Source of the DNA: a virus
DNA: 64,000 nt
Virus record (IMG/VR): IMGVR_UViG_3300029374_000315
Coordinates: 17,327-81,326 of that record
Strand: one strand, 5' to 3'
The notes beneath the pieces were generated by a model. The model saw nothing but the letters and a program-made list of their open reading frames with translations, was not told the origin of the DNA and searched no databases. The position numbers and the translations under genes are program-made. The stretch's first letter is position 1; every line of letters starts with the position of its first letter. Shown piece by piece: positions 37,151 through 46,783 of this stretch.

Positions 37151-40100
37151 ATGTCAGATAATTTTGTAAATCTTCATGTACATACAGCGCAGGGTTCGTT
37201 ACTTGACTCTATTCTTACCGTCAAGGAACTTGTAAACTTTGCCAAAGAAAACGGCCAGAAAGCAATCGCGGTTACAGACCACGGAAAAATGCACTCTTTT
37301 GTTGACCAAGTTAAGGCTTGCAAGGAAGCAGGCATTAAGCCAATCATCGGCTGTGAGGTCTACGAAGTAGATAATCAGAGCGAAAAAGCTGATACGAAAG
37401 ACTATAAACAACCTCGTTATCATCTTGTTCTGCTGGCAAAAAACGAGACCGGTTTGAAAAATCTGTTCAAGGTTGTTTCAAATGCTTGCGTTGATGGCAT
37501 GTATAAAAAGCCTCGAACTTCTTTAAACATCATTGAACAGAACGAGTGGGGTAAAGGTATCATCTGTCTTACGGCCTGTCAAGTTGGTCGAATGAGTAGA
37601 TTGCTTGTTGATGGGAACGAGACTGAGGCATGGCAGTTATGGAACAAACTGAAATGGATCTTTGATGACGTGTTTATGGAAGTTCAGTCTCATGATACGC
37701 CAGATCAGGCTGAAGCTAATGCCAAAATTGCAGCTTTTATCAAAAAGTACAATCTTCCGTATACCATTACAACCGATGCTCATATGCTTTCCAAGGAAGA
37801 TGTTGATGCACATTCAGTTTTTGTAGAAATTGGAGAAGGACGAGAAGTTGGAGAAAGTTATGTTGACTGCTATCTTCAGACCGAAGACGATGTGCTAAGA
37901 ACACTTTCAAAGCAGTTTGATGAAGACTTCATCCGAGAAGGTTGCTCAATGTCTGTGAAAATTGCAGATATGGTTGACGATATTGATATTGGCCTTGGCC
38001 AGCCAAACCAGATGCCAGAAGTAAAAATTGAAGGTAAATTTGATTCGCATCTGGATTACCTGCGTTACCTCGTTTATTCTACTTTTGATGAAAAATTCGG
38101 ATGGATGAGTAAAGAAGAACAGCAAACCAGGCGGGACAGAATTGAGATGGAGCTTGACGTTTTGGAATATGTTGACTACATCGACTATTTCATCATGCTG
38201 TATATGCTTTGTAAGGTGGCCGATGAACGAGGTATCCCTCGTGGCTATTCTCGTGGTTCTGGTGCAAACTGTCTATGTCTATTTATGCTAAACGTTACGC
38301 AGATTGATTCTGTTCGTTGGGATCTTGACTTCTCTCGTTTTGCAAATAAGGGTCGTAAGAGTCTCGCGGACTTCGACTTTGATATTAGCCGTCGTCGTCG
38401 CAAAGAACTTGTTTCTATTGCAGAAGAGCTTTTTGGAAAAGAGAGTGTAGCACCAATCGCAACTTTTAATTCTCTGTCTACCAAGGTTGCCATTAAGGAT
38501 ATTGGAAAGGTACTGAACGAAGATCCAGAAAGCCCATATTATATGCAGATTCCGTATGAATTGCGAAATGAAGTTGCTAAGTTGATTCCGACCGTGAAAA
38601 CATTGGATGATCTCGGAGAAGAAGTTGAGAAGGAAGTTCTATTGAAGGACATTCTTGGAAAGAGCGAGCAGCTTTCTAATGTGTATGATAAGTTCCCTCT
38701 ATGGTTTAAGTACGTTATGCGGCTTGAAGGTTTACCGAAAAGTATGGGTCGCCATGCTGCAGGAACTTTGATTACGCCTAAGCCTGTCATTGAATATTGT
38801 CCTCTCTGTATGGATAGAGAAGGAAATCAGATGTGTCAGCTTGAAATGCACAATGCAATGGACGACTTATCATTGGTCAAGATGGATTTTCTTGGTCTTG
38901 AAAATTTGGACACGATTGATGACACATTAAAGATGGCCGGTCTAACTTGGAAGGATGTTGACATCAACCATCTCGATCTAAACGATAAGGCGGTCTACGA
39001 CGCAGTTTATAAGTCTGGACACACAATTGGTATTTTTCAGATGGAGTCTGCTGAAGCTCGAAAGATGTGTGTTGAAGCAAAATGTGACAACGCCGAGGAT
39101 ATCATTGTTGTGAATGCAGCAAACCGCCCTGGCACTAAGGACAGCTTCCCGACGTATTGTTCCAATAAGCTTCATCCAGAGACTATCAAACTACTTCATC
39201 CTGACATCAAACAGCTTTTTGCCAAGACTCAGTACATTCTTCTTTATCAGGAACAGGCTCTGGCAGTATTTCGTTATGCAGGATTCCCTGAAACTGAGGT
39301 TGACAATGCTCGTCGTGCCATTGGTAAGAAAAAGAAAGATGTTATGGCATCCTTGGAGGTCCAGTTTAGAGATGGTCTTCACAAAAAAGGATGGAACGAT
39401 TATCAAATTTCTGAGATGTGGGCATTGATCTTGAAACAGGCTTCTTATTCCTTCAATCGGGGCCACGCAGTTGCTTATGGACTTCTTTCTTACCTAACAG
39501 CATACTTGAAGACTCATTATACTGAGTATTTCATGGCTGCGTGTATGATTACTAAAGAAGATGATTCTGGCAAAATGGGTGTGTTCATCAATGAATGTGA
39601 CCGTCTACATATTCGGGTCCTTCCTCCAAGTGTTAACAGGTCTGATATGGAATTTAAGGCCGATGCGGAGAAGCACACAATTTTGTTTGGCTTGAAGGCC
39701 ATTAAGGGAATGGGCGAGAGTGTCGCATCAGGGGTGATTGCAGACCGTCCATATTCTGGATTGGCAGACTTTGTTCAGAGAGCAAACGGTGGAAAGATTG
39801 GCACTTCAAACGTTGTCAAGTTGATTAAGGCTGGAGCTATTCCAACAAGGGACAAGAGAAAAATCTTAATCACTTTTGCAAATATGGTTTTTGAGAATGA
39901 GTATAAAGAGAAGGGTTTTCATGAGATGGCATCTCTTCCCAAAATCTCTGTTCTTAAAGACGAATATGGGATTGACACAAATTATATTAAAGATAAGCCT
40001 ACTAGACTTGTTTTATATAATAAGGCACGAAGGGTGCGCTGGGAGGCAGATGCGGAGAACCGTAAGAAGGAAAAAGACAAGAAACGAAAAGATTTCATGC

Positions 40101-40498
40101 AGGCGTTTGCTGAAAAGTATATGCAAGACGAGCACATGTGGGAATTTGAAACCCTTTCAATGTTCTTAACTAGCAATCCAATTAAGGATGCTTGTACCTA
40201 TATTGATGCTTGTCTTGATACTGTAGAGGATGGCGGTGAGGCAACTGCTATTTGTGTCATCGTAGACATTCAAAAAAAGAAGGATAAACGTGGCAACCAG
40301 TTTGCATACTTACATGTTTACACGACAGGTGGTATTGTTGAAATGATTTGTTGGGCTTCCCAATATGCACGATATTCCAATTTGATCTCAAAGGGTAGTG
40401 ATCTTGCAATTCTTTGTAAGAGAAAAGAGAATTCGTACATTGTTGAGAAGATGAAGCCTTACAAGCAGTGGTTGCAAGACAGAGAGATAAAGCAATGA
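37151..40498 (+). CDS. dnaE: DNA polymerase III alpha subunit (DnaE-type, PHP domain)
   Basis: N-terminal PHP motif NLHVHTAQGSLLDS...AVTDHG; 1115 aa. Confidence 0.85.
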   Translation: MSDNFVNLHVHTAQGSLLDSILTVKELVNFAKENGQKAIAVTDHGKMHSFVDQVKACKEAGIKPIIGCEVYEVDNQSEKADTKDYKQPRYHLVLLAKNETGLKNLFKVVSNACVDGMYKKPRTSLNIIEQNEWGKGIICLTACQVGRMSRLLVDGNETEAWQLWNKLKWIFDDVFMEVQSHDTPDQAEANAKIAAFIKKYNLPYTITTDAHMLSKEDVDAHSVFVEIGEGREVGESYVDCYLQTEDDVLRTLSKQFDEDFIREGCSMSVKIADMVDDIDIGLGQPNQMPEVKIEGKFDSHLDYLRYLVYSTFDEKFGWMSKEEQQTRRDRIEMELDVLEYVDYIDYFIMLYMLCKVADERGIPRGYSRGSGANCLCLFMLNVTQIDSVRWDLDFSRFANKGRKSLADFDFDISRRRRKELVSIAEELFGKESVAPIATFNSLSTKVAIKDIGKVLNEDPESPYYMQIPYELRNEVAKLIPTVKTLDDLGEEVEKEVLLKDILGKSEQLSNVYDKFPLWFKYVMRLEGLPKSMGRHAAGTLITPKPVIEYCPLCMDREGNQMCQLEMHNAMDDLSLVKMDFLGLENLDTIDDTLKMAGLTWKDVDINHLDLNDKAVYDAVYKSGHTIGIFQMESAEARKMCVEAKCDNAEDIIVVNAANRPGTKDSFPTYCSNKLHPETIKLLHPDIKQLFAKTQYILLYQEQALAVFRYAGFPETEVDNARRAIGKKKKDVMASLEVQFRDGLHKKGWNDYQISEMWALILKQASYSFNRGHAVAYGLLSYLTAYLKTHYTEYFMAACMITKEDDSGKMGVFINECDRLHIRVLPPSVNRSDMEFKADAEKHTILFGLKAIKGMGESVASGVIADRPYSGLADFVQRANGGKIGTSNVVKLIKAGAIPTRDKRKILITFANMVFENEYKEKGFHEMASLPKISVLKDEYGIDTNYIKDKPTRLVLYNKARRVRWEADAENRKKEKDKKRKDFMQAFAEKYMQDEHMWEFETLSMFLTSNPIKDACTYIDACLDTVEDGGEATAICVIVDIQKKKDKRGNQFAYLHVYTTGGIVEMICWASQYARYSNLISKGSDLAILCKRKENSYIVEKMKPYKQWLQDREIKQ

Positions 40499-40740
40499 AT
40501 GATGTTTTATATAATGGTGTTTTATATACTATTGACGGAGAGGTTCTTTGTGAATTTCCTGAGTTTAAAATTGATTGTTACAAAGATAAAACTGTAATTA
40601 AGATACATTGTACGAATTGTTGCGTCGTTAGAAAAGTTCAGAAGTGGAAGTTTGACTGCGCAGAACAATGCGAGCTTACCACAAAATGGTTTTATTGCAG
40701 AGTGTGCGGAGGACTGACAGAATTTAGATTAGGTGCATAA
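40495..40740 (+). CDS. Cys-rich small protein
   Basis: ATG overlapping dnaE stop (ATGA); CTNCC...CRVCG. Confidence 0.45.
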   Translation: MNDVLYNGVLYTIDGEVLCEFPEFKIDCYKDKTVIKIHCTNCCVVRKVQKWKFDCAEQCELTTKWFYCRVCGGLTEFRLGA

Positions 40741-40755
40741 TAAGAGGGTTATAAA

Positions 40756-43086
40756 GTGGCAGATAAGAAATTTAATGAAAATATGATCCGTTGCTACATT
40801 AGGATAAAACGAGTCTTTTATCCGAAAGATGGGAGGGAGGTGGAGCCCGGCGGCTTCGCCACTTTCTCTGCCGAGGTGGTAAAAATCAAGCAGGGGAATC
40901 CTGTTATGAGTCGATACAGCGACCTCCGGCTAAAGGGCAACGTTCCTAGTCTCGATATGAATAAAACTTATTCGTTCTGTGGTGAGTATGTTCATCATGA
41001 AAAATTTGGCGATCAGTACAAAATCATCTATATGAATGAGTTTCAAGAGATCACTGACCCGGAAGAACAAAAAAGCTTTCTCCGTTTTATCTTGACTGAC
41101 CATCAGTTTGAGATGCTTTACGAAGCATTCGACAATCCGTATGAAATTATCAAGAATGGTGATATCAAGTCTCTTTGTACTGTTAGCGGTATTACGGAAG
41201 GTCGAGCACAAAAGATCATTGACTCTTTTGAAAACAACGTTGATAACAGTGAAGCGTACACAAAACTGGTTGAATACGGTTTGACCCCCAGTGCTATTGA
41301 AAAGCTTGTTCGTCAGTATCACGGTGCAGACACTCTGGTAAGAAAGATTGAGGAGAATCCTTACGTCCTGATCGATGATGCGTATGGCATTGGCTGGAAA
41401 AAAGCTGACACTCTTGCTTTGAATATGGGTTTAAAGCGCAATTCGCAATTCAGAATCGAAGCTTACGTCATGCATTTTCTTGCCGCCCGTGCCGAAGAAG
41501 GTAACTCTATTATCCCAGCAAACCAGACAATCAATAGCTGTATTAAGGAACTTGATTTGAACGAGGGTGACCAAGAAGTCATCAAAAGGGCATTTTTCCA
41601 TCTGCATGATGTTCGTGAAACGCTTTGGTGGAGTGATGACCGTCAGGAATTTGCTTTAACTAGAGTGTGGAATCTTGAAGATGAAATCGCAAAGGAAATC
41701 AAGCGACTGGCGGATGCACCTGTTAAACCGATTGGTCGAAACATGGATGTAGCAATCAATGAAGCTGAGGGTGCGCTTGGCATCGAGTATACTGAAGAGC
41801 AGAGAGATGCTATTAAAAAGGTATGTTCTAGCAACGTCTGTATCTTAACAGGCTACGGCGGAACTGGTAAAAGTACCGTTGTCGCTGGTGTTCTAAAGGT
41901 TCTTCGTGGTAAGTCTTTCGCTCAGACTGCACTCTCTGGTCGTGCCGCAGCTCGTATGCAGGAGATTACTGGTCAGGATGGTAAGACCATCCATCGTCTT
42001 CTTGGTTATGATATTGAGAATGGTGGTTTCATTCATAAGAAGGACAATCCTCTTGAAGAAGATATTATCATTCTGGATGAGACATCTATGGTTGGAGCTC
42101 AGTTGTTCTATGACTTGATTCAGGCAATCGAGACCGGAAAGCGATTCATCATGATTGGCGATGACGGCCAGCTTGAGAGTATCGGTATGTGTAACATTTT
42201 CAAGGATATGCTTGCATCTAAGGTTGTTCCTGTGGCTCGTTTGACTAAGATCCATCGTCAGGCGGCTAAGTCTGCAATTATCACGGAGAGCATCAAGGTT
42301 CGTAACGCTACACAATTGGTGCCTTATGGCTGGGCTGGTAGTGAGATTCGTGGTGAACTTCGTGATTTGGAGCTTGATATCTATAAAGACACAAGTGAAT
42401 CATTCAACCACATCATCAATCAGTACCGTACCTTATATAATAAGGTGGGGAATGATAGTGCGAAGATTCAGATTGTACTTCCACAGAAGCTGCGTGGTAG
42501 TATCTGTACTTATGAAGTCAATAATGCTATTCAGGAAATTGTGAATCCGAGTCGTGGTCAAGCAGAAGCAAAGGTCACAATCTATGGTGATGGCAAGGAT
42601 AGAGTGTATACTCTGCGTGAGGGCGATCAGGTCATCATTAACAAGAATAACTATGAGCTTCACACATACAATCTCAAGACAAAGAAAAAGGAAGAGAAAT
42701 GTCCGGTGTTCAATGGAAACCGTGGCATTATCCGAAAGATTGAGAGTAGTTTTATCCTGGTTGATTTTGACCAGTGGGGAACGATATTTATTCCTCATTA
42801 TTTTGGTGGGAATAACATCTGGGCAACACTTGAACTCGCTTATGCTTTGAGTTGCCATAAACTGCAGGGCAGCGAAGCTCCGTATGTGATTGTCGGTATG
42901 GACAACTCTGCATACCTGATGTTAACGAGAGAATGGCTCTATACGGCCATCACTCGTGCCAAGAAGTATTGTGTGATTTGCGCTGAAACCCATGCTCTTG
43001 ATCGAGCAGTAAAGACTTCGAGAGTACCGTACAAGCGGACGTTCTTGAAGGAATTTTTACGGAAAGAATTTTCAGAAAAGCGTTGA
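40756..43086 (+). CDS. RecD2-like superfamily-1 DNA helicase
   Basis: Walker A TGYGGTGKST, Walker B IIILDETSMV, HhH-like SGITEGRAQKII; 776 aa. Confidence 0.8.
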   Translation: MADKKFNENMIRCYIRIKRVFYPKDGREVEPGGFATFSAEVVKIKQGNPVMSRYSDLRLKGNVPSLDMNKTYSFCGEYVHHEKFGDQYKIIYMNEFQEITDPEEQKSFLRFILTDHQFEMLYEAFDNPYEIIKNGDIKSLCTVSGITEGRAQKIIDSFENNVDNSEAYTKLVEYGLTPSAIEKLVRQYHGADTLVRKIEENPYVLIDDAYGIGWKKADTLALNMGLKRNSQFRIEAYVMHFLAARAEEGNSIIPANQTINSCIKELDLNEGDQEVIKRAFFHLHDVRETLWWSDDRQEFALTRVWNLEDEIAKEIKRLADAPVKPIGRNMDVAINEAEGALGIEYTEEQRDAIKKVCSSNVCILTGYGGTGKSTVVAGVLKVLRGKSFAQTALSGRAAARMQEITGQDGKTIHRLLGYDIENGGFIHKKDNPLEEDIIILDETSMVGAQLFYDLIQAIETGKRFIMIGDDGQLESIGMCNIFKDMLASKVVPVARLTKIHRQAAKSAIITESIKVRNATQLVPYGWAGSEIRGELRDLELDIYKDTSESFNHIINQYRTLYNKVGNDSAKIQIVLPQKLRGSICTYEVNNAIQEIVNPSRGQAEAKVTIYGDGKDRVYTLREGDQVIINKNNYELHTYNLKTKKKEEKCPVFNGNRGIIRKIESSFILVDFDQWGTIFIPHYFGGNNIWATLELAYALSCHKLQGSEAPYVIVGMDNSAYLMLTREWLYTAITRAKKYCVICAETHALDRAVKTSRVPYKRTFLKEFLRKEFSEKR

Positions 43087-43111
43087 CAATTATGTGCGTA
43101 TCCTGTATAAT
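43083..43111 (+). promoter_or_regulatory. sigma70-type promoter TTGACA-N17-TATAAT overlapping a reverse-orientation motif copy
   Basis: Exact consensus hexamers; -35 overlaps the recD-like stop codon; -10 inside GTATCCTGTATAATATAGCT. Confidence 0.65.
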
Positions 43112-43180
43112 ATAGCTATAAAAAGTCTCCATCCCGGAGGCTTAAAATTCTCTCTTTAGCTATATAATACAGGATACGAG

Positions 43181-43220
43181 AAAGAAATGGCTTGCTCGTA
43201 ATGACAAGCCTTTCTTTATT
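43181..43220 (+). terminator. hairpin/terminator-like structure (AAAGAAATGGCTTG-loop-CAAGCCTTTCTTT)
   Basis: 13-bp interrupted stem with 10-nt loop followed by ATT; lies between motif copies F4 and F5. Confidence 0.4.
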
Positions 43221-43259
43221 GGCTTTAACTATATAACACAGGATGCTCAAGGAGGTTTT

Positions 43260-44591
43260 ATGACAGATAAGGAGCTCATAGGTAAGCTCGATGCGATGGT
43301 AAAGGCATTGCAGCGCACGAAGAAAAAGACAGACAAGACCCGCATTTTGCTGGATGCGCGAAAGGATTTTGGGGCTGAAGCTGACGAGTTGATGGCCTTC
43401 TTCCGATTCTTGCTTGATCCGGCAATCATAACTGGACTGTCGGATGCAAAAATCAATAAACAGGTGAGTGCCAAGCCGGATATTGATATTCAGTATCTCA
43501 GTTGCGGATACCTTTATATTATGGCCGGTAGCCACAATACTGGATCGGACGTAGCAATTGCAACCATCCAGAATTATTTACATAAAAATCCTGAGCATGA
43601 AGAGTTTCTAAAGCGATTGTTCACTAAGAACCTGCCGATCGGAGTCGAGGCAGCTACCATCAATAAGGTGTACGGCGAAGAAATTATTCCTGTCTGGGAG
43701 GTTCAGCAGGGGTATCCGATTGATAAAGTAAAGCTGAAGGATGGCATTTGGTTCAGTTTGAGCCAGAAGATGAATGGAAATAGGGGCACCATGTATAAAG
43801 GCGAGCTCATCTCTCGGCAGGCTCAGAAGTTTAAAGGACTCGACCATATAAAGAATGACCTGCTTTCTCTATACGATGGAGACGCCTCAAGGCGAGATGC
43901 GTGGGTGTTTGATGGTGAGCTGATCTACAAGAACCCAGAAAGAATGTCGGACGGAGAGGCTTTTCGTTATGGCACTGGCCTACTTAATTCTGACAACAAG
44001 GACAAGACTGGAATCAAATTTGTGATTTTTGATGTGATTCCTGTTGTAGAGTTCGACCGTGGAAAGTGTACTATCCCATATAAAATTCGCCGTATTGGAT
44101 TAAATTGTCTTCGCGCAGAGATTACTCGCAAGCACCTTGAAAATATTGAGATTGTGCCGATGGTCTATGAGGGCACTGACCAGAGTGTGATTTCGAAGTG
44201 GCTTGATTATGCGGTTGAGAACGATTGGGAAGGTCTTATGTTGAACACGGACGTCCCTTATCGTCGGACTCGTCATAATGGTTGCCTGAAAGTCAAACGC
44301 TTCTACACTGTTGACTTGCGAATCACTGCGATTGAGGAAGGTCAGAACCGTCTGGCTGGTACGATGGGCGCTCTTGTTGTGGATTACAAGGGTAATGAGC
44401 TTCGTGTTGGTTCTGGTTTTGATGATACTACGAGAGCTGCTGTGTGGGCAAATCCTGATAATTACATCGGCAAGATTGTGGAAGTAAAATTCAAGGAAAA
44501 GAGCTGCGATAAGAAGACTGGCGCAGAATCCTTGCAGTTCCCGACTTTTGTGCGTTTCCGAAACGATAAGAATGAAGTAAGCTACGGTTAA
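43260..44591 (+). CDS. ATP-dependent DNA ligase (T7-type, adenylation + OB domains)
   Basis: Motif I KMNGNR (N in place of the usual D), III FDGELIY, IV EGLMLN, V CLKVKR; OB-domain GSGFDD..R...FPTFVRFRNDKN. Confidence 0.75.
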   Translation: MTDKELIGKLDAMVKALQRTKKKTDKTRILLDARKDFGAEADELMAFFRFLLDPAIITGLSDAKINKQVSAKPDIDIQYLSCGYLYIMAGSHNTGSDVAIATIQNYLHKNPEHEEFLKRLFTKNLPIGVEAATINKVYGEEIIPVWEVQQGYPIDKVKLKDGIWFSLSQKMNGNRGTMYKGELISRQAQKFKGLDHIKNDLLSLYDGDASRRDAWVFDGELIYKNPERMSDGEAFRYGTGLLNSDNKDKTGIKFVIFDVIPVVEFDRGKCTIPYKIRRIGLNCLRAEITRKHLENIEIVPMVYEGTDQSVISKWLDYAVENDWEGLMLNTDVPYRRTRHNGCLKVKRFYTVDLRITAIEEGQNRLAGTMGALVVDYKGNELRVGSGFDDTTRAAVWANPDNYIGKIVEVKFKEKSCDKKTGAESLQFPTFVRFRNDKNEVSYG

Positions 44592-44601
44592 GGAGAAAGC
44601 T

Positions 44602-44880
44602 ATGAATCTTTCCAAGAAGTCTATTAAGCATATTCTTCGGATTCTGGATAACAAATGTGTTGAGAATCCATCCAAAACCACAACAATTAGCTTTGGCGGT
44701 AATCGAATTCCAACTCGTGAATTCACGCCTAAGAACAAAGAAGCATATGGATGGTGGTCTATTGTTTACGTTCCATCCGAAGGTTACTTTTGGGGAATCA
44801 AGAATGAAATGTCTGAGGAGTTTGGGATGGATTTGGATATTCCAGATATCTGGTCTCCTGCACAGCTTGCTGATTTGTGA
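44602..44880 (+). CDS. hypothetical protein
   Basis: 92 aa; AAGGAGAAAG RBS. Confidence 0.5.
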   Translation: MNLSKKSIKHILRILDNKCVENPSKTTTISFGGNRIPTREFTPKNKEAYGWWSIVYVPSEGYFWGIKNEMSEEFGMDLDIPDIWSPAQLADL

Positions 44881-44890
44881 GGTGTTTAAA

Positions 44891-45103
44891 ATGCTACTTT
44901 TAACGCAAGACGGAGAAATTATAAATCTTGACCGTATGGCAATCATTGATACCGCAAGCCTTAATGTTTATGCAAGGCAGGGCATGGGTGAGCGTAGAAT
45001 TATCCTTGGTAGTTATGACTCTGAGAGTAGATGCTATGATGTTGTCGCACGTATTTTTGATTGCTATCGGAAAAATGAGAAAGCATACATAATGCCAAAA
45101 TGA
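44891..45103 (+). CDS. hypothetical protein
   Basis: ATG after GAGGTG (internal start of ORF 44657). Confidence 0.45.
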   Translation: MLLLTQDGEIINLDRMAIIDTASLNVYARQGMGERRIILGSYDSESRCYDVVARIFDCYRKNEKAYIMPK

Positions 45104-45155
45104 ATGATTTCAGAGAGCTAACCGTCTCGAAGAAAGCAAAACAGGAAGAAATCAT

Positions 45156-45494
45156 ATGAGAAACATGTCAAAGAAAACTCGTAAAAAGGTTATGCAGATC
45201 ATTAAGGCAAACTGCCATTCTGATAGTAAAGGGTATTGGTGGGAACCATATAAAAGTAGCCGTTTGTGGGAACCATATAAAAGTAGCCGAATGTCCGCAA
45301 TTTGGGAGTATATTATAACGGAAGATCGCTTTGGTTTTGGCGAGTTTGCGGCAGTATATGAGGATTTGGAGGAGAAATTTTCTCCATATTTCTATATTAA
45401 CATTGTGTCTCCTGCACAGCTAACAAATCCACGTCTTCCAATCAATGTAAACAAACAGATTGTAAAGAAATTGGAAGAAGGCGGTTTTATTTGA
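45156..45494 (+). CDS. hypothetical protein with internal 9-aa tandem duplication
   Basis: WEPYKSSRL/WEPYKSSRM encoded by two 27-bp tandem copies at 45240-45293. Confidence 0.5.
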   Translation: MRNMSKKTRKKVMQIIKANCHSDSKGYWWEPYKSSRLWEPYKSSRMSAIWEYIITEDRFGFGEFAAVYEDLEEKFSPYFYINIVSPAQLTNPRLPINVNKQIVKKLEEGGFI

Positions 45495-45730
45495 ATGACT
45501 TCCGAAAACTTGCCATTCCAAAACGTGAACGGCTTGAAGTTCAACTTGCGGATGGTACAGAAGAACACAATATATTGTACATAATTACATCTCTAGCCAC
45601 TATTAAAGGTGCTGAGATTTTTAAAAATTTTCGTTTGTATTCTGTAGGCTCCGCCGGGGAGCTCAACTTATTAGAGAAGCGAGACGGCGACCCCTACTTT
45701 GATAAGCTGAAAGGAACAGAATATGAGTAA
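45491..45730 (+). CDS. hypothetical protein
   Basis: 79 aa. Confidence 0.45.
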   Translation: MNDFRKLAIPKRERLEVQLADGTEEHNILYIITSLATIKGAEIFKNFRLYSVGSAGELNLLEKRDGDPYFDKLKGTEYE

Positions 45731-46070
45731 TTCGATGAATCGAGAAGACCGGCGCAGAGAGCAGCGTAAGGCACGAATCCTTGCCCGGCGAATCAAGAAG
45801 GCTGGTGGTCCCGACTTTCTGGCTGGAATGCCAGCAGAGGAATGGGAACCCAAGATTGGTGATGAGGTCACCATTAAGGTAAAGAGGATTCAGGGAAAGA
45901 AAGACTTCTTTAAGATGAGTCCTCAGTATCAGGATTTTATCAATAGCCTTGAAGATGGAAAGCCTTACAAGATTACCAGTACCGGCATGAAGGGTCAGGT
46001 CTACGGCATTGATGCACATTCTTACTTCCAGATTTGGAAGGGTGATATGGAACCCTACAAGGAGTCCTAA
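45723..46070 (+). CDS. hypothetical basic protein
   Basis: R/K-rich N-terminus; 115 aa. Confidence 0.5.
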   Translation: MSNSMNREDRRREQRKARILARRIKKAGGPDFLAGMPAEEWEPKIGDEVTIKVKRIQGKKDFFKMSPQYQDFINSLEDGKPYKITSTGMKGQVYGIDAHSYFQIWKGDMEPYKES

Positions 46071-46315
46071 TGAGGATGTACTTCAGGACGGACTATTATG
46101 CTGATGTTGGCATAGACGAAGTTGTTCGACTTCAAAGAGGAACTACATACGAAGTAGTTTCAGAAAATGAATTTTTTTATTTTATCGTAACTGATAATGA
46201 ATTATTCAGAAAAATGCTAAACATTGTCATGATTCCAAAAGAAGACCTTGAAGATGATGTATATGTCGTGACTGATAAGAGCGAAAAACTTGAGGAAGGA
46301 GGTGGGGTGATATGA
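46070..46315 (+). CDS. hypothetical protein
   Basis: 81 aa. Confidence 0.45.
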   Translation: MRMYFRTDYYADVGIDEVVRLQRGTTYEVVSENEFFYFIVTDNELFRKMLNIVMIPKEDLEDDVYVVTDKSEKLEEGGGVI

Positions 46316-46509
46316 TTGGTATTGACCATCGTGAGCAGGGTCGTAAGGAACGAGCCCTTGCAGAGTATTATAGAACCTTAGCTCGATATCCTGTCGAGTG
46401 TGGAGAGCCGATTACATATCAGTTGTCAGAAGAGCAGCTTAAACAGGTTCTCTGTGGAGAGGTTACTGTGGATGAGTTGATTGAAAGAGGTGAGGTAAGT
46501 GGCAGTTGA
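46312..46509 (+). CDS. hypothetical protein
   Basis: 65 aa. Confidence 0.4.
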   Translation: MIGIDHREQGRKERALAEYYRTLARYPVECGEPITYQLSEEQLKQVLCGEVTVDELIERGEVSGS

Positions 46510-46783
46510 CCAATACGGGAATTCATTTAGTGTTGGAGATTATGTGTTGATTACAGAGGTTCCATCTGGCCTCCCTTATTTTGCAATGATTTCGGTTGTA
46601 AGGGTCGAAAAAATCGAAAAGGATAATCATCAAAAAGATATAGTTTATTTCGAACGATGGTATCCGATTGAACAACGTGGAGAACTTATTTACCGGGAAG
46701 CAAATGATTGTGTTGTAACAACTGAACATAACTATCTTGTTTCACTAAAACGTAGAGATGAATGGGATAAAGAGGTGAGGTAA
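46499..46783 (+). CDS. hypothetical protein
   Basis: 94 aa. Confidence 0.45.
   Translation: MAVDQYGNSFSVGDYVLITEVPSGLPYFAMISVVRVEKIEKDNHQKDIVYFERWYPIEQRGELIYREANDCVVTTEHNYLVSLKRRDEWDKEVR

Noticed and set aside
39114-40176. Internal + and − ORFs within dnaE (39114..39428, 39876..40169, 39982..40176)
   Set aside because: Out-of-frame with the long DnaE reading frame, no RBS. Spurious.
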